Source: Coriobacteriaceae bacterium
Lineage (GTDB): Bacteria > Actinomycetota > Coriobacteriia > Anaerosomatales > SLCP01
Assembly (NCBI GenBank): GCA_003563465.1
Contig: PWVH01000067.1
Coordinates: 1 to 32,160, forward strand
Direction: 5' to 3'
Length of the DNA stretch: 32,160 bases
Of this stretch, positions 8,977 through 20,104 are shown one piece after another. The position numbers and the translations under genes are program-made. A model generated the notes under the pieces. The model was not told the origin of the DNA. It did not search any database and saw only the letters and a list, made by a program, of their open reading frames with translations. Every line of letters begins with the position of its first letter. Within the stretch, counting starts at the first letter, position 1.

Positions 8977-9705
8977 TCACACAAGAGGACGCTTCTGCGC
9001 CTTGCCTGCTCGACGGGGCAGGCGAACCAGCGGGGCCGACCTCTTCTCGTAGACGACGATCAGCCGCCCCCCTTCAGCAATCGGCAGCTCGTAAGGGTGC
9101 TGAAGAACTTCGCACATACCTGCGGCCTTTGCGGCCAGAACTCCTCGCTCGAGCTCTCCTACGTCCGGCCGCCCCTTCATTGCGAGCATCAAGCCTCCTA
9201 GGCGCAGCAGCGGTGCGGCGAGTTCGACAAGCGCCGGCAAAGAGGTCACCGCGCGCGCCGTCACGACATCATAACAACCCGGCTCAGAGAGCGCCCTCTC
9301 TTCTGCGCGCATCGCATGAACCTCTGCGTGGATGCCCCTGCCTAGCTGCCTCACCACTCGTCTCAAGAATGCGGCTTTCTTTCCTATCGACTCGATAAGA
9401 TGCACTTCGAAACCCCCTACGATTCCGATAGGAATCCCGGGAAAGCCAGCCCCCGATCCCAAGTCCGCCAACTTGAGCGCGCCTTCACCAAGGATGTGCA
9501 GGAGCGCAAGTGAGTCAAGCGTATGTCGAACTACCGCTTCTTCGCGCGTTGTGGGTCCGGTAAGATTCAGTTGTCTGTTGGCTTCCAGAACGGCATCCAG
9601 ATGCTGAAGGAGAAGCTCGCGATCGCACTCACTCAGCTTGACTTCCAATGCGCTTGCCCCTTCTTCGAGCAGCAAGTCACACTCGTCCACTGCTTTAGCC
9701 TCCAA
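8977..9705 (-). CDS. rsmG: 16S rRNA m7G527 methyltransferase RsmG (GidB)
   Basis: NLTG, HTLDSL, DLGSGAGFPG, TARAV motifs; canonical position upstream of parA. Confidence 0.95.
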   Translation of the reverse strand: MEAKAVDECDLLLEEGASALEVKLSECDRELLLQHLDAVLEANRQLNLTGPTTREEAVVRHTLDSLALLHILGEGALKLADLGSGAGFPGIPIGIVGGFEVHLIESIGKKAAFLRRVVRQLGRGIHAEVHAMRAEERALSEPGCYDVVTARAVTSLPALVELAAPLLRLGGLMLAMKGRPDVGELERGVLAAKAAGMCEVLQHPYELPIAEGGRLIVVYEKRSAPLVRLPRRAGKAQKRPLV

Positions 9706-9713
9706 GTCGCCTG

Positions 9714-9729
9714 TGTTTCACGTGAAACA
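9714..9729. other. parS: parS site (perfect consensus palindrome)
   Basis: TGTTTCACGTGAAACA. Confidence 0.95.
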
Positions 9730-9762
9730 CTGGTCTCTCCAGTAGCCAATCCCGCCCGAAGA

Positions 9763-9778
9763 GGTTTCACGTGAAACC
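9763..9778. other. parS: parS site (palindromic variant)
   Basis: GGTTTCACGTGAAACC. Confidence 0.9.
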
Positions 9779-10338
9779 GATCGTCAGGTTCACGCAACAT
9801 CATACCTGAACCGTGATTCCAACATCCCCGTTGGAATCTCACGATCGCATGCCTTCGGCACTGCGAGCGCCCGCAAGGCGGCTCCGCAACGCGACGATCT
9901 TGCCCACTGAGCCTTGCTCGGGGACACCACCACGGTCTGCTCCTTGCGACGTGTCGCCCCTCCAGGCTCTCCCGGGAAAGCCTAAGACACGGGACGTGGG
10001 GCCGACACAGCTAACGGCCACGTTGCATGCCAACGAGGCTAGCCCGCGACAGTTGCCAAGAGTATGCGAGACGGGAATCTCAGGCAAACAGGTCGGATCA
10101 GGTCCGTCGCACGCATGCCGGCCATCGCATCGACAAGTGCAGCCCGTTCCTGGAACCAGAGATCACGCGTGGACTGCCCGGTGCGCGGAGAGTGCAGGCG
10201 GGGTACGTTCGTTGGCAAGCCAGCTCGCTTCGATGTCTACAGGCCTGCGGCACCACGAGGGCCGATCAAGCAGACCACGCTCTTTTAGCGAATCCGCTCC
10301 TGAGCCGACTCGGACCTTGCGAGGTGGATGGTCGTCCT

Positions 10339-11142
10339 TCAGCGCCTTCGCGGAACTACAACCACAGCCCTGAAGGGCTCCTGGCCCTCGCTCTCGGTAG
10401 CAACCCTTTCGTCATCGCGGAGACAGACGTGGATAACTCGGCGCTCCAGGCTGGGCATCGGGCGAAGCTTGACCGGCTCGCCCTGTCTCGACGCTCTATC
10501 GGCCGCGCGGCGGGCGATATCTTCCAGCTTCACACGACGCCGATTGCGGTAGCCCTCCACGTCCACCTGCACCGGATAACGAAACCCAAGACGCCGGTTG
10601 GTGACTGCCGATGTCAGCACCTGCAGGGCGCCCAACGTCTTTCCATGCCTGCCGATAAGTACGCCCAGGTCGTCGCCGACCACATCAAGGATGATTTCGC
10701 CTTCATCCCCTTCGTATTCTTCAATCGTTGCTCCGATGCCTAGAGTGCCGAGAATAGCTTGTACGGTGTTCACTGCCTCATCGGCGACGTTGTCGAGTTC
10801 TTCTTCCGTAAGGCTCGATACCACGTCGCCGGCGGCCGCGAAAGCCTTCGGCGGCCCGCCCTTCGCGATCGGCCCCTTTTCGCCGACGCCGAAATCCTTC
10901 TCATCATCAGGCCGAGACTCTTCCTCCGTGCGCAGCTCCCCGAGCTCGATCTCGCGGATGAACTCTTCCCGGAGCCATACTCTCACCTTGGCCTGTCGCT
11001 CGGCCCCGAGCCCGAACAGCCTGCGCCCGGTTTCTTCCAGAACCTCGTACTCCACCGCATCCTGTTGCACGCCGAGCTCTTCCAGTGCCTTGTCAAGCGC
11101 CTCTTCAACAGTCGAGGCCTGTGTCGTTATCTCCTGCTTCAT
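10339..11142 (-). CDS. jag: RNA-binding protein Jag/KhpB/EloR (Jag_N, KH, R3H)
   Basis: TVEEAL...GRRLFGLG N-domain; LIGRHGKTLGALQ KH; ERRVIH R3H. Confidence 0.95.
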   Translation of the reverse strand: MKQEITTQASTVEEALDKALEELGVQQDAVEYEVLEETGRRLFGLGAERQAKVRVWLREEFIREIELGELRTEEESRPDDEKDFGVGEKGPIAKGGPPKAFAAAGDVVSSLTEEELDNVADEAVNTVQAILGTLGIGATIEEYEGDEGEIILDVVGDDLGVLIGRHGKTLGALQVLTSAVTNRRLGFRYPVQVDVEGYRNRRRVKLEDIARRAADRASRQGEPVKLRPMPSLERRVIHVCLRDDERVATESEGQEPFRAVVVVPRRR

Positions 11143-11858
11143 GTCGTGGCTCCTTCTCTCTGGGCAAGAAACTTCATCTGTACTTGTTGCTGAACTATGC
11201 CCAGCAGGCTCGACGTCACCCAGTAAACCAGAACTCCGGCGGGGCTGATCCAGCCGATGTAGAGCATGAAGAAAGCCATGATCATCCCGACCTGTTTCTG
11301 CTGGCTCTCTCCCGGCATCAGCATCTGGGGAAGCCAGATGCTCAGACCGAACAGGACAACCAACAGTGCGTAGGGGATAACGGACAGTAGGCCGTCGTCA
11401 TTCCAGATAGACATCGGGGTCGCAGTCAAATCTGGTAGAATTATCCAGAACCGCGTCGCCGCAGCCTGGGCGGCTTCCGGAAGCGCTGCAACGTACTGCA
11501 GGAAAAGGCCTGGTCTGGTCTCTGTCCCTCCCAGAACCTGATAAAGAGCGATGAAAATCGGCATCTGCAGAAGGAGCGGTAAGCATCCCCCTAGCGGGTT
11601 CACTTTGTTCTCCTGATAGAACTTCAGTGTTTCTTCCTGGAGCTTCTCCTTGTCGTTCTTGTACTTCTTCTGCAGCTGTTTGATCTTCGGCTGAATGCGC
11701 TGGAGTTCGTACATCGACCTGGTCTGCTTGACGGTCAGCGGGACCATGAGCGCTCGGATGCAGACCGTTAACAAGATGATTGCGACGCCATAATCGCCAG
11801 TGAGGTCGTGCAGGTACTGAAGAGCAGCGAATATCCCCTCTTTGATCGCAAGCCACAC
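11139..11858 (-). CDS. yidC: Membrane protein insertase YidC (short form)
   Basis: YGVAIILLT, QPKIKQLQKKY, NPLGGCLPLLLQMPIF, VYWVTS. Confidence 0.95.
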   Translation of the reverse strand: MWLAIKEGIFAALQYLHDLTGDYGVAIILLTVCIRALMVPLTVKQTRSMYELQRIQPKIKQLQKKYKNDKEKLQEETLKFYQENKVNPLGGCLPLLLQMPIFIALYQVLGGTETRPGLFLQYVAALPEAAQAAATRFWIILPDLTATPMSIWNDDGLLSVIPYALLVVLFGLSIWLPQMLMPGESQQKQVGMIMAFFMLYIGWISPAGVLVYWVTSSLLGIVQQQVQMKFLAQREGATT

Positions 11859-11920
11859 GGGTCAGAAACCTCCTCGGCCAAACCGCCACGAGGCGGCGGG
11901 CGTAGATGACGCGGGCTGTC

Positions 11921-12142
11921 TCATGGCACCGGATCATGCCCCCCGGGATTCCAGGGATGACAGCGCCCCACGCGACGCAGCGCCAGATAGCCGCCCTTGA
12001 GCAAACCGTAGCGCTCCAGTGATGTTATCGCATACGCCGAACACGAGGGCGCGAATCTGCAAGAATCGCCGAGAATGGGAGATACCAGGATGCGGTAGAG
12101 CTTCACGAGGCCGACCCCCAATGACGCCGGCAGGCGCGTCAT
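11921..12142 (-). CDS. yidD: Membrane protein insertion efficiency factor YidD
   Basis: CRFAPSCSAY and RCHPWNPGGHDPVP. Confidence 0.95.
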   Translation of the reverse strand: MTRLPASLGVGLVKLYRILVSPILGDSCRFAPSCSAYAITSLERYGLLKGGYLALRRVGRCHPWNPGGHDPVP

Positions 12143-12480
12143 CGCTCCGCCCTCCTCGCTTTGAAAGTCTCTACTGTGGCCTTGATCATTTCGTCAGCCT
12201 CTTCGGCAGTCGCCCCGGCGGTCTTCGGCCTGGCCACCAAGACGGCGTCAAGCCCCGGCCATGGCCCCTCTGCGCGGCGGACCGCCTCCCTCAGAACGCG
12301 TTTGCTTCGGTTCCGTAGCACCGCGCTGCCAAGCCTCTTTCCCGCAACAAAAGCGACGCGGCCCGCTGGGCCGCGTTCCTCACCTGTCTCGCGCATGAAC
12401 ACCGCGGCGACTGGGTGCGCGAATCGAACGCCCTCATGGAAGACCCTCTCGATCTCCCGGCTCGATCTGATAGTGCGCAA
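12139..12480 (-). CDS. rnpA: Ribonuclease P protein component
   Basis: KRLGSAVLRNRSKRVLRE RNR motif; position after rpmH. Confidence 0.93.
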   Translation of the reverse strand: MRTIRSSREIERVFHEGVRFAHPVAAVFMRETGEERGPAGRVAFVAGKRLGSAVLRNRSKRVLREAVRRAEGPWPGLDAVLVARPKTAGATAEEADEMIKATVETFKARRAER

Positions 12481-12509
12481 TCCTCCACTCTCCGCTCCCG
12501 CGGAACCGC

Positions 12510-12644
12510 TCAGGCGGACAGTACCTCCCGGCCCTTGCGGCGCCGGTTGGCAAGCACGCGTCGGCCCGCCCGTGTCGACATCCGACGGCGGAACCCGTGG
12601 TTCTTGCTGCGCCTGCGCTTACTGGGTTGATAAGTCCTCTTCAA
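12510..12644 (-). CDS. rpmH: 50S ribosomal protein L34 (not in ORF track, 44 aa)
   Basis: Hand translation [44 protein letters not shown]; TTG start after GGAGGAAG. Confidence 0.97.
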   Translation of the reverse strand: MKRTYQPSKRRRSKNHGFRRRMSTRAGRRVLANRRRKGREVLSA

Positions 12645-12691
12645 GGCCACTTCCTCCGGTTCCGGCTACCTGAAAGGAGCAAAGCTCAGCG

Positions 12692-12721
12692 ATTATATCG
12701 GCGTGCCGCTGACGCTGTCAA
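12692..12721 (-). promoter_or_regulatory. Housekeeping sigma promoter of the rpmH operon
   Basis: Minus strand TTGACA-N18-TATAAT, perfect hexamers. Confidence 0.85.
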
Positions 12722-12824
12722 TCCGGGCTTCGGGAGTCGAGCATCTCCCGTTCCAGAGCGTTTCCCGCACTAGCGAGCTCATGACTTCATGCTGTCGGCG
12801 TGCGACAGAAACTCTCCTGAAATC

Positions 12825-13347
12825 TGTGGATACTGTGGAAAAAGCAGGATTCGCGTTTGTTGAACCTGTGGACAACCGGGAGCCGCTCGTTGTTGGACCT
12901 AGACCCCTCTGCTAGAATCGGCCCAGTTCGTGAGGGTGGGGAGTGCTTCGTGTGTACGTTGAAAATGCCTGTTCAGAACAGTTAAGCACGAGCCTCGCTG
13001 CGGGCACTGGGGCTTGTGGGGCTTTCTTATGAAGATCGCTGCGGCTTCGCCGTTAATCTACTCCGGCTATCCACAAGCGGGGAGCTCCTCCCAGCGTCCT
13101 TTTCAACAGCCGGGGAAAGCCAAAAGTACCCTGAACGTCTCCGTGCAGCAAGCTTTAGGGTTGCTGCGGCATTGCTCGGCTAGCTGTTTCCACAGATGTG
13201 GAAAGTCGTGTGTAAAAGTTGGAAAAGTCCGCCTAGGCCTTTCGGCAGAGGCCGTTAGAACAGGTGACCTCGCGGGCGGCTACGGTTCTCTACAGGCATT
13301 CGGGCTGACGCAGACAGGCGTGAGGATGTTGATAAGCGTGTGGATTG
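12825..13347. other. oriC sub-region 1: DnaA-box cluster upstream of the GHKL-wHTH/dnaA genes
   Basis: Degenerate boxes TGTGGATAC 12825, TGTGGAAAA 12834, TGTGGACAA 12867, CTATCCACA 13067, GTTTCCACA 13186, TGTGGAAAG 13197, TGTTGATAA 13327, TGTGGATTG 13339. Confidence 0.8.
12890..12918 (+). promoter_or_regulatory. Candidate promoter for the GHKL-wHTH/dnaA transcript
   Basis: TTGTTG-N17-TAGAAT with extended TG, immediately downstream of three DnaA boxes. Confidence 0.5.
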
Positions 13348-13372
13348 TCTTTACTGAAGAGAAAGCGCGGGG

Positions 13373-14233
13373 ATGGTGAAGGTGTTCTTCGACAAGGCGG
13401 GGGTTTCTCTATCGGACAAGCCGACGCATCCCGGGCCCGCCTCGCCGTCTGCTCCAGAGAAACCTCTGGTTCCGCCGAAATGGACTGCTCTGATCGCCGT
13501 CTATGACGCTCCTGCTGTCGCCCCGCGAACCGAGGAGATTCGGGCCGCCTCGGAAACAGATTTGGTGCAGGGCCTCGCTACTCGAGCATACACCTTGGCC
13601 AAGGAGGCTGGGGGCGACATCCCTTACACGGTTGTTCGGGAGGTGGCGGAGAACCTCATCCACGCCAACCTCTGCGAGCCTGTGGTTTCCGTACTAGATG
13701 GGGGGCTTACTATCCGCTTCGCCGACCAGGGCCCGGGCATTCCCGACAAGGAACGGGCCCTTTTCCCCGGCTTCTCGACCGCGACCTATGAGATGAAGCG
13801 CGTGATCCGCGGGGTTGGCTCTGGTCTGCCGATCGTCACCGAATACCTCAGGTACGCCGGGGGCTTGCTCGAGATTGAAGACAACCTTCGGAAGGGAACA
13901 GTGGTGACGGTGAGGTCGGGTGCCGATCGTCCCGCGCGACCTCCTGAGCCTTCTGCCACGCGTTCTCCCGAGAATGAGACTGCCGGCTCCTCGCGGCCCC
14001 TCTCTTCTTGTCCCGTCCTGACCACTCGCCAGAAACAAGTGCTGTCACTCGTGATGGAGGTCGGCGTCGCCGGCCCGACCCTGGTCTCTCGAGAGCTCGC
14101 CGTTGCCCTGTCCACTGCCTATCGGGATCTCGCTTATCTGGAGCATCAGGGGCTCATCGCCTCCGACGCCTCCGGGAAGCGAGTCCTCACGCAAGAAGGG
14201 TCATCCTGTCTCGATAGTCTCTTCGCCCAATAG
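13373..14233 (+). CDS. GHKL (HATPase_c-like) ATP-binding protein with C-terminal winged-HTH domain, function unknown
   Basis: N box [11 protein letters not shown]1 DQGPGI, FPGFST, G2 GVGSGL, GTVVT; Pro/Ser linker; C-terminal [29 protein letters not shown] wHTH; 17 bp upstream of dnaA. Confidence 0.82.
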   Translation: MVKVFFDKAGVSLSDKPTHPGPASPSAPEKPLVPPKWTALIAVYDAPAVAPRTEEIRAASETDLVQGLATRAYTLAKEAGGDIPYTVVREVAENLIHANLCEPVVSVLDGGLTIRFADQGPGIPDKERALFPGFSTATYEMKRVIRGVGSGLPIVTEYLRYAGGLLEIEDNLRKGTVVTVRSGADRPARPPEPSATRSPENETAGSSRPLSSCPVLTTRQKQVLSLVMEVGVAGPTLVSRELAVALSTAYRDLAYLEHQGLIASDASGKRVLTQEGSSCLDSLFAQ

Positions 14234-14250
14234 CCTTCAGAGGGGGATCT

Positions 14251-15648
14251 ATGCAGACTCAAGACGCAGAACGAATCTGGTCTGACGTACTCGAGGTGGT
14301 CAAGTCCGAACTGAACACTCCGACCTTCAAGACCTGGTTCGAGCATACAGCGCCTGTGAGCGTTGTCGCCGGCTCTCTGGTCGTAGCCGTCCAGAACGAA
14401 TTCGCGCGCGAGTGGCTAGAGTCCCGTTACTCCGGGCTACTACAGTCAGCGCTTTCGCAGGTGGCCGGGGAAGATCTTTCTCTCGAATTCACGGTTCCTG
14501 CAGACTCTTCCTCGGCGCAGGGCCTCCGTTCTGCCGACGAGGCCGAGCAAGAGTCACTTATCCAGGCTTCTCCAGCCGAGGCCGTTGCCGGCGAACCGGG
14601 TCCGAGTTCGAACGGCGAGTTCAATCCGAAGTACACCTTCGACTCGTACGTCATCGGGGCGTCTAACCAGTTTGCTCACGCCGCAGCCCTTGCTGTCGCT
14701 GAGTCTCCTGGGCGGGCCTACAATCCTCTGTTCGTGTACGGCGGCGTTGGCCTCGGTAAGACCCACCTGCTTCAGGCCATCGGGCGCTACGTACAGACGA
14801 GCTTCCCTCACTTGAAGGTCAAGTATGTATCGACCGAACAGTTCACCAACGATTTCATCAACTCCATAGGAGACCGCGACAAGAAGCGCATCGAAGGCTT
14901 CCGTCGACAGTACCGGACGAACGACGTTCTGTTAGTAGACGACATCCAGTTCCTAAAAGGAAAAGAGGGGACCCAAGAGGAGTTCTTCCATACTTTCAAT
15001 ACTCTCCAGCAGGCGGGCAAGCAGGTTGTTTTATCTTCGGATAGGCCTCCCAAAGACATCGAGAAGCTTGAGGAACGGCTACGGAGCAGGTTCGAGATGG
15101 GGTTGATAACCGACATACAGCCGCCCGATCTTGAAACCCGCATCGCCATCTTGAAGAGGAACGTCGAGGCCCAGCGCCTCGACGTTCCTGACGATGTCTT
15201 GTCGTTCGTCGCCGATAGAGTGTCCTCGAACATTCGAGAGCTCGAAGGGGCGCTGATTCGCGTCGTGGCGTTCAGTTCGCTGACTCGGCACGCTGTGAAT
15301 CTGGAACTCGCGCGGAACGTCCTAAAAGACATCTTCCCCGAGAGAACGACTCGACCGATCTCTCTTCCGACCATCCAGAGGGAAGTGTGCTCTTACTATT
15401 CGATATCTCGCTCTGAGCTCATCGGCAATAAGCGCTCTCAGTCGATCGTCTATCCCAGACAGGTGGCCATGTATCTCACCAGAGAACTGACCGATCTGTC
15501 CCTGCCGAGAATCGGAGCCGAGTTCGGCGGCCGAGACCACACTACTGTCATGCACGCGACTGCTAAGATTCGCAAGCTGTTGAATGGAGATCGTGAGGTC
15601 TACAACCAGATACAGACCTTGACGAATCAGATACGCCAAAAGAGCTGA
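14251..15648 (+). CDS. dnaA: Chromosomal replication initiator DnaA
   Basis: [52 protein letters not shown]. Confidence 0.99.
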   Translation: MQTQDAERIWSDVLEVVKSELNTPTFKTWFEHTAPVSVVAGSLVVAVQNEFAREWLESRYSGLLQSALSQVAGEDLSLEFTVPADSSSAQGLRSADEAEQESLIQASPAEAVAGEPGPSSNGEFNPKYTFDSYVIGASNQFAHAAALAVAESPGRAYNPLFVYGGVGLGKTHLLQAIGRYVQTSFPHLKVKYVSTEQFTNDFINSIGDRDKKRIEGFRRQYRTNDVLLVDDIQFLKGKEGTQEEFFHTFNTLQQAGKQVVLSSDRPPKDIEKLEERLRSRFEMGLITDIQPPDLETRIAILKRNVEAQRLDVPDDVLSFVADRVSSNIRELEGALIRVVAFSSLTRHAVNLELARNVLKDIFPERTTRPISLPTIQREVCSYYSISRSELIGNKRSQSIVYPRQVAMYLTRELTDLSLPRIGAEFGGRDHTTVMHATAKIRKLLNGDREVYNQIQTLTNQIRQKS

Positions 15649-15881
15649 CTTCATGAGATATGTGGACTCATCTGTGGAGAGAGTGGGGGAGGTTTGTGGA
15701 ACACCGGCGTCTCTTGTTGGTGGTTTCTTCTGTCTGGGGATTGTGTGGACGGAATGATACTTGCCTTCCACACGTTGTTGACACCTCTTACTGCCACAGC
15801 CAAGTGCCCTGATGGAAGATATCCACAACTCGTAGGACTCTCTACTATTACTACTGACGATATGTAAGAAAGGACGTAATC
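15649..15881. other. oriC: oriC sub-region 2 (dnaA-dnaN) with DnaA boxes and DnaA-trio unwinding element
   Basis: TGTGGA-core boxes at 15661, 15673, 15695, 15744; CCTTCCACA 15764; ATATCCACA 15819-15827, followed by CTACTATTACTACT trios at 15842-15855. Confidence 0.88.
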
Positions 15882-16988
15882 ATGAAGCTGACCGTTGACA
15901 GAAGCGAGATGCTCGAGTCCCTCACGATAGCAAGCAGAGGCCTATCCTCAAGATCCACTCTCCCGATACTCTCGGGCATTCTGATAAGCGCTTCTTCCGA
16001 TGGAAAGGTCACGCTCCAATCAACCGACCTGGAAGTATCTCTACGTAACAGTCTTTCCCAAGCCTCCGTCGAGAGAGAGGGAAAGAGTGTGATTCCTGGG
16101 AAGCTGGTGACGGAGATAGTGAGATCTCTTCCGGAAGCGGCGGTCACGCTTACGGTTGAAGGAGACATTGCCTCTCTGACGTGCATGCAGTCCTCTTTCA
16201 CGGTGAAGACGCTGCCTGCTGACGACTTCCCACAGTTTCCTGAGGTCAAGAGTGCACAGTCGATCTCGCTACCGGCGACTTCGATTTCAAGCATCGTCAA
16301 GCACGTCTCGAAAGCTGTGAGCCGAGACGAAACCCGGCCGGTTTTGACGGGCGTTCTGCTGACGATAGAGGGCAGTGTGGTGAAGATGGTGTCGACGGAT
16401 TCGTATCGGCTGGCTATTAAAGAAGCGGTCGTCGATTCTGATGCGCTCGAGGATACAGAAGTAGTGGTTCCCGGCAAGGTCATGGAAGAGGTTTCGAGAC
16501 TGGCGCCAGAGGATGGAGACGTAGGTATAGGGATAAGCGAGAACCAGGTCGTGTTTTCCTTCGGCGAGACGGAGTTTGTGACCAGGAGAATAGAAGGCTC
16601 TTTTCCAAACTACAAGCAGCTCATACCGAAGGAGGCAGAGACGACCGTTGTCCTGCCCAGAGAGGATGTCCTCGCAGCGGTCAAAAGGGTTTCTCTCCTC
16701 GCCCAACACAACACGCCAATGAGAATAACAGCCAGCGCCGACGATCAGACACTCAGCCTTTCTGCAGCCACGCATGACGTGGGAGACGCATCGGAGGACC
16801 TGATGGCAACGGTAGAAGGGCAAAACGTGGAGATCGCGTTCAATCACGCGTTTCTGCTAGATGGACTTATGGCATCAGAGGGGGAGACCATGAAGCTCAG
16901 CATAGTAAGCCCGCTGAAGCCAGGAGTCATAACGAGCCCGGAAGATGAAGGGTTCTTGTATCTGTTGATGCCCGTACGTCTCGGGTAG
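15882..16988 (+). CDS. dnaN: DNA polymerase III beta sliding clamp
   Basis: STLPILSG, STDLE, DETRPVLTG, STDSYRL, C-terminal YLLMPVR; AAAGGA RBS. Confidence 0.98.
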   Translation: MKLTVDRSEMLESLTIASRGLSSRSTLPILSGILISASSDGKVTLQSTDLEVSLRNSLSQASVEREGKSVIPGKLVTEIVRSLPEAAVTLTVEGDIASLTCMQSSFTVKTLPADDFPQFPEVKSAQSISLPATSISSIVKHVSKAVSRDETRPVLTGVLLTIEGSVVKMVSTDSYRLAIKEAVVDSDALEDTEVVVPGKVMEEVSRLAPEDGDVGIGISENQVVFSFGETEFVTRRIEGSFPNYKQLIPKEAETTVVLPREDVLAAVKRVSLLAQHNTPMRITASADDQTLSLSAATHDVGDASEDLMATVEGQNVEIAFNHAFLLDGLMASEGETMKLSIVSPLKPGVITSPEDEGFLYLLMPVRLG

Positions 16989-17033
16989 GCCGCGCCGAGG
17001 GAATCCTCACCGGGCAGGCTAGAAAGGAAGACC

Positions 17034-19579
<2,546 letters not shown>

Positions 19580-19600
19580 CGGGCGAACGGACGGGAGACG

Positions 19601-20104
19601 GTGACCGGGATTCCCGAAAAGCGAGAGCCACGACGCTTCGAGCCGCCCCCATGGGAGCGCGAGCAGTTCGAAGACCTCGCACGCAGAAAGGCCGATGAGC
19701 AGGAAGAGGCCGGCAAGGAGGAGTCCTCCGCCCCGAGCGAGGAGGAGGCCTCCAGCCTCCCGGCCGAGGAACCGGGCCAAGAGCTCGCCGAGCAGCAGAT
19801 GCGTCCGCCCGGCGCGAAGGAAGAGATTCCTCCGGAGGCGTTTGACATGATGATCGCAGCGCTTAGGGAAGAAGAACCCGGAGCGACAGCGGAAACATGG
19901 AAGGTCGGGCTGGCTGCGGCAGTGCTCATGGGCACCATCGGCCTGGCTCTCGTTATCTGGGGAGCCGTGGCTCTTGCCCGCACTGTGGGGGCAGGCCCTG
20001 CGGGCGTGATGGGGTCGGCAATCATGGTCATCATGGGCGGATTGCTCGTCGCGCTCAGTGTCTGGATGGGCCAGCGCAGCCTTCAACAACGAGGAGTGTT
20101 TTAG
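19601..20104 (+). CDS. Hypothetical membrane protein between gyrB and gyrA (acidic N-terminus, 2 C-terminal TM helices)
   Basis: GGGAG RBS; RRFEPPPWERE motif; two hydrophobic helices; stop directly abuts the gyrA GTG. Confidence 0.8.
   Translation: MTGIPEKREPRRFEPPPWEREQFEDLARRKADEQEEAGKEESSAPSEEEASSLPAEEPGQELAEQQMRPPGAKEEIPPEAFDMMIAALREEEPGATAETWKVGLAAAVLMGTIGLALVIWGAVALARTVGAGPAGVMGSAIMVIMGGLLVALSVWMGQRSLQQRGVF

Noticed and set aside
9813-10743. ORFs of 186, 238 and 82 aa in or over the jag-rsmG spacer
   Set aside because: No RBS, no motifs, composition typical of non-coding frames; two overlap jag antisense
13014-13379. 121-aa ORF upstream of the GHKL-wHTH gene
   Set aside because: Runs through the DnaA-box cluster, no RBS, no recognisable domain
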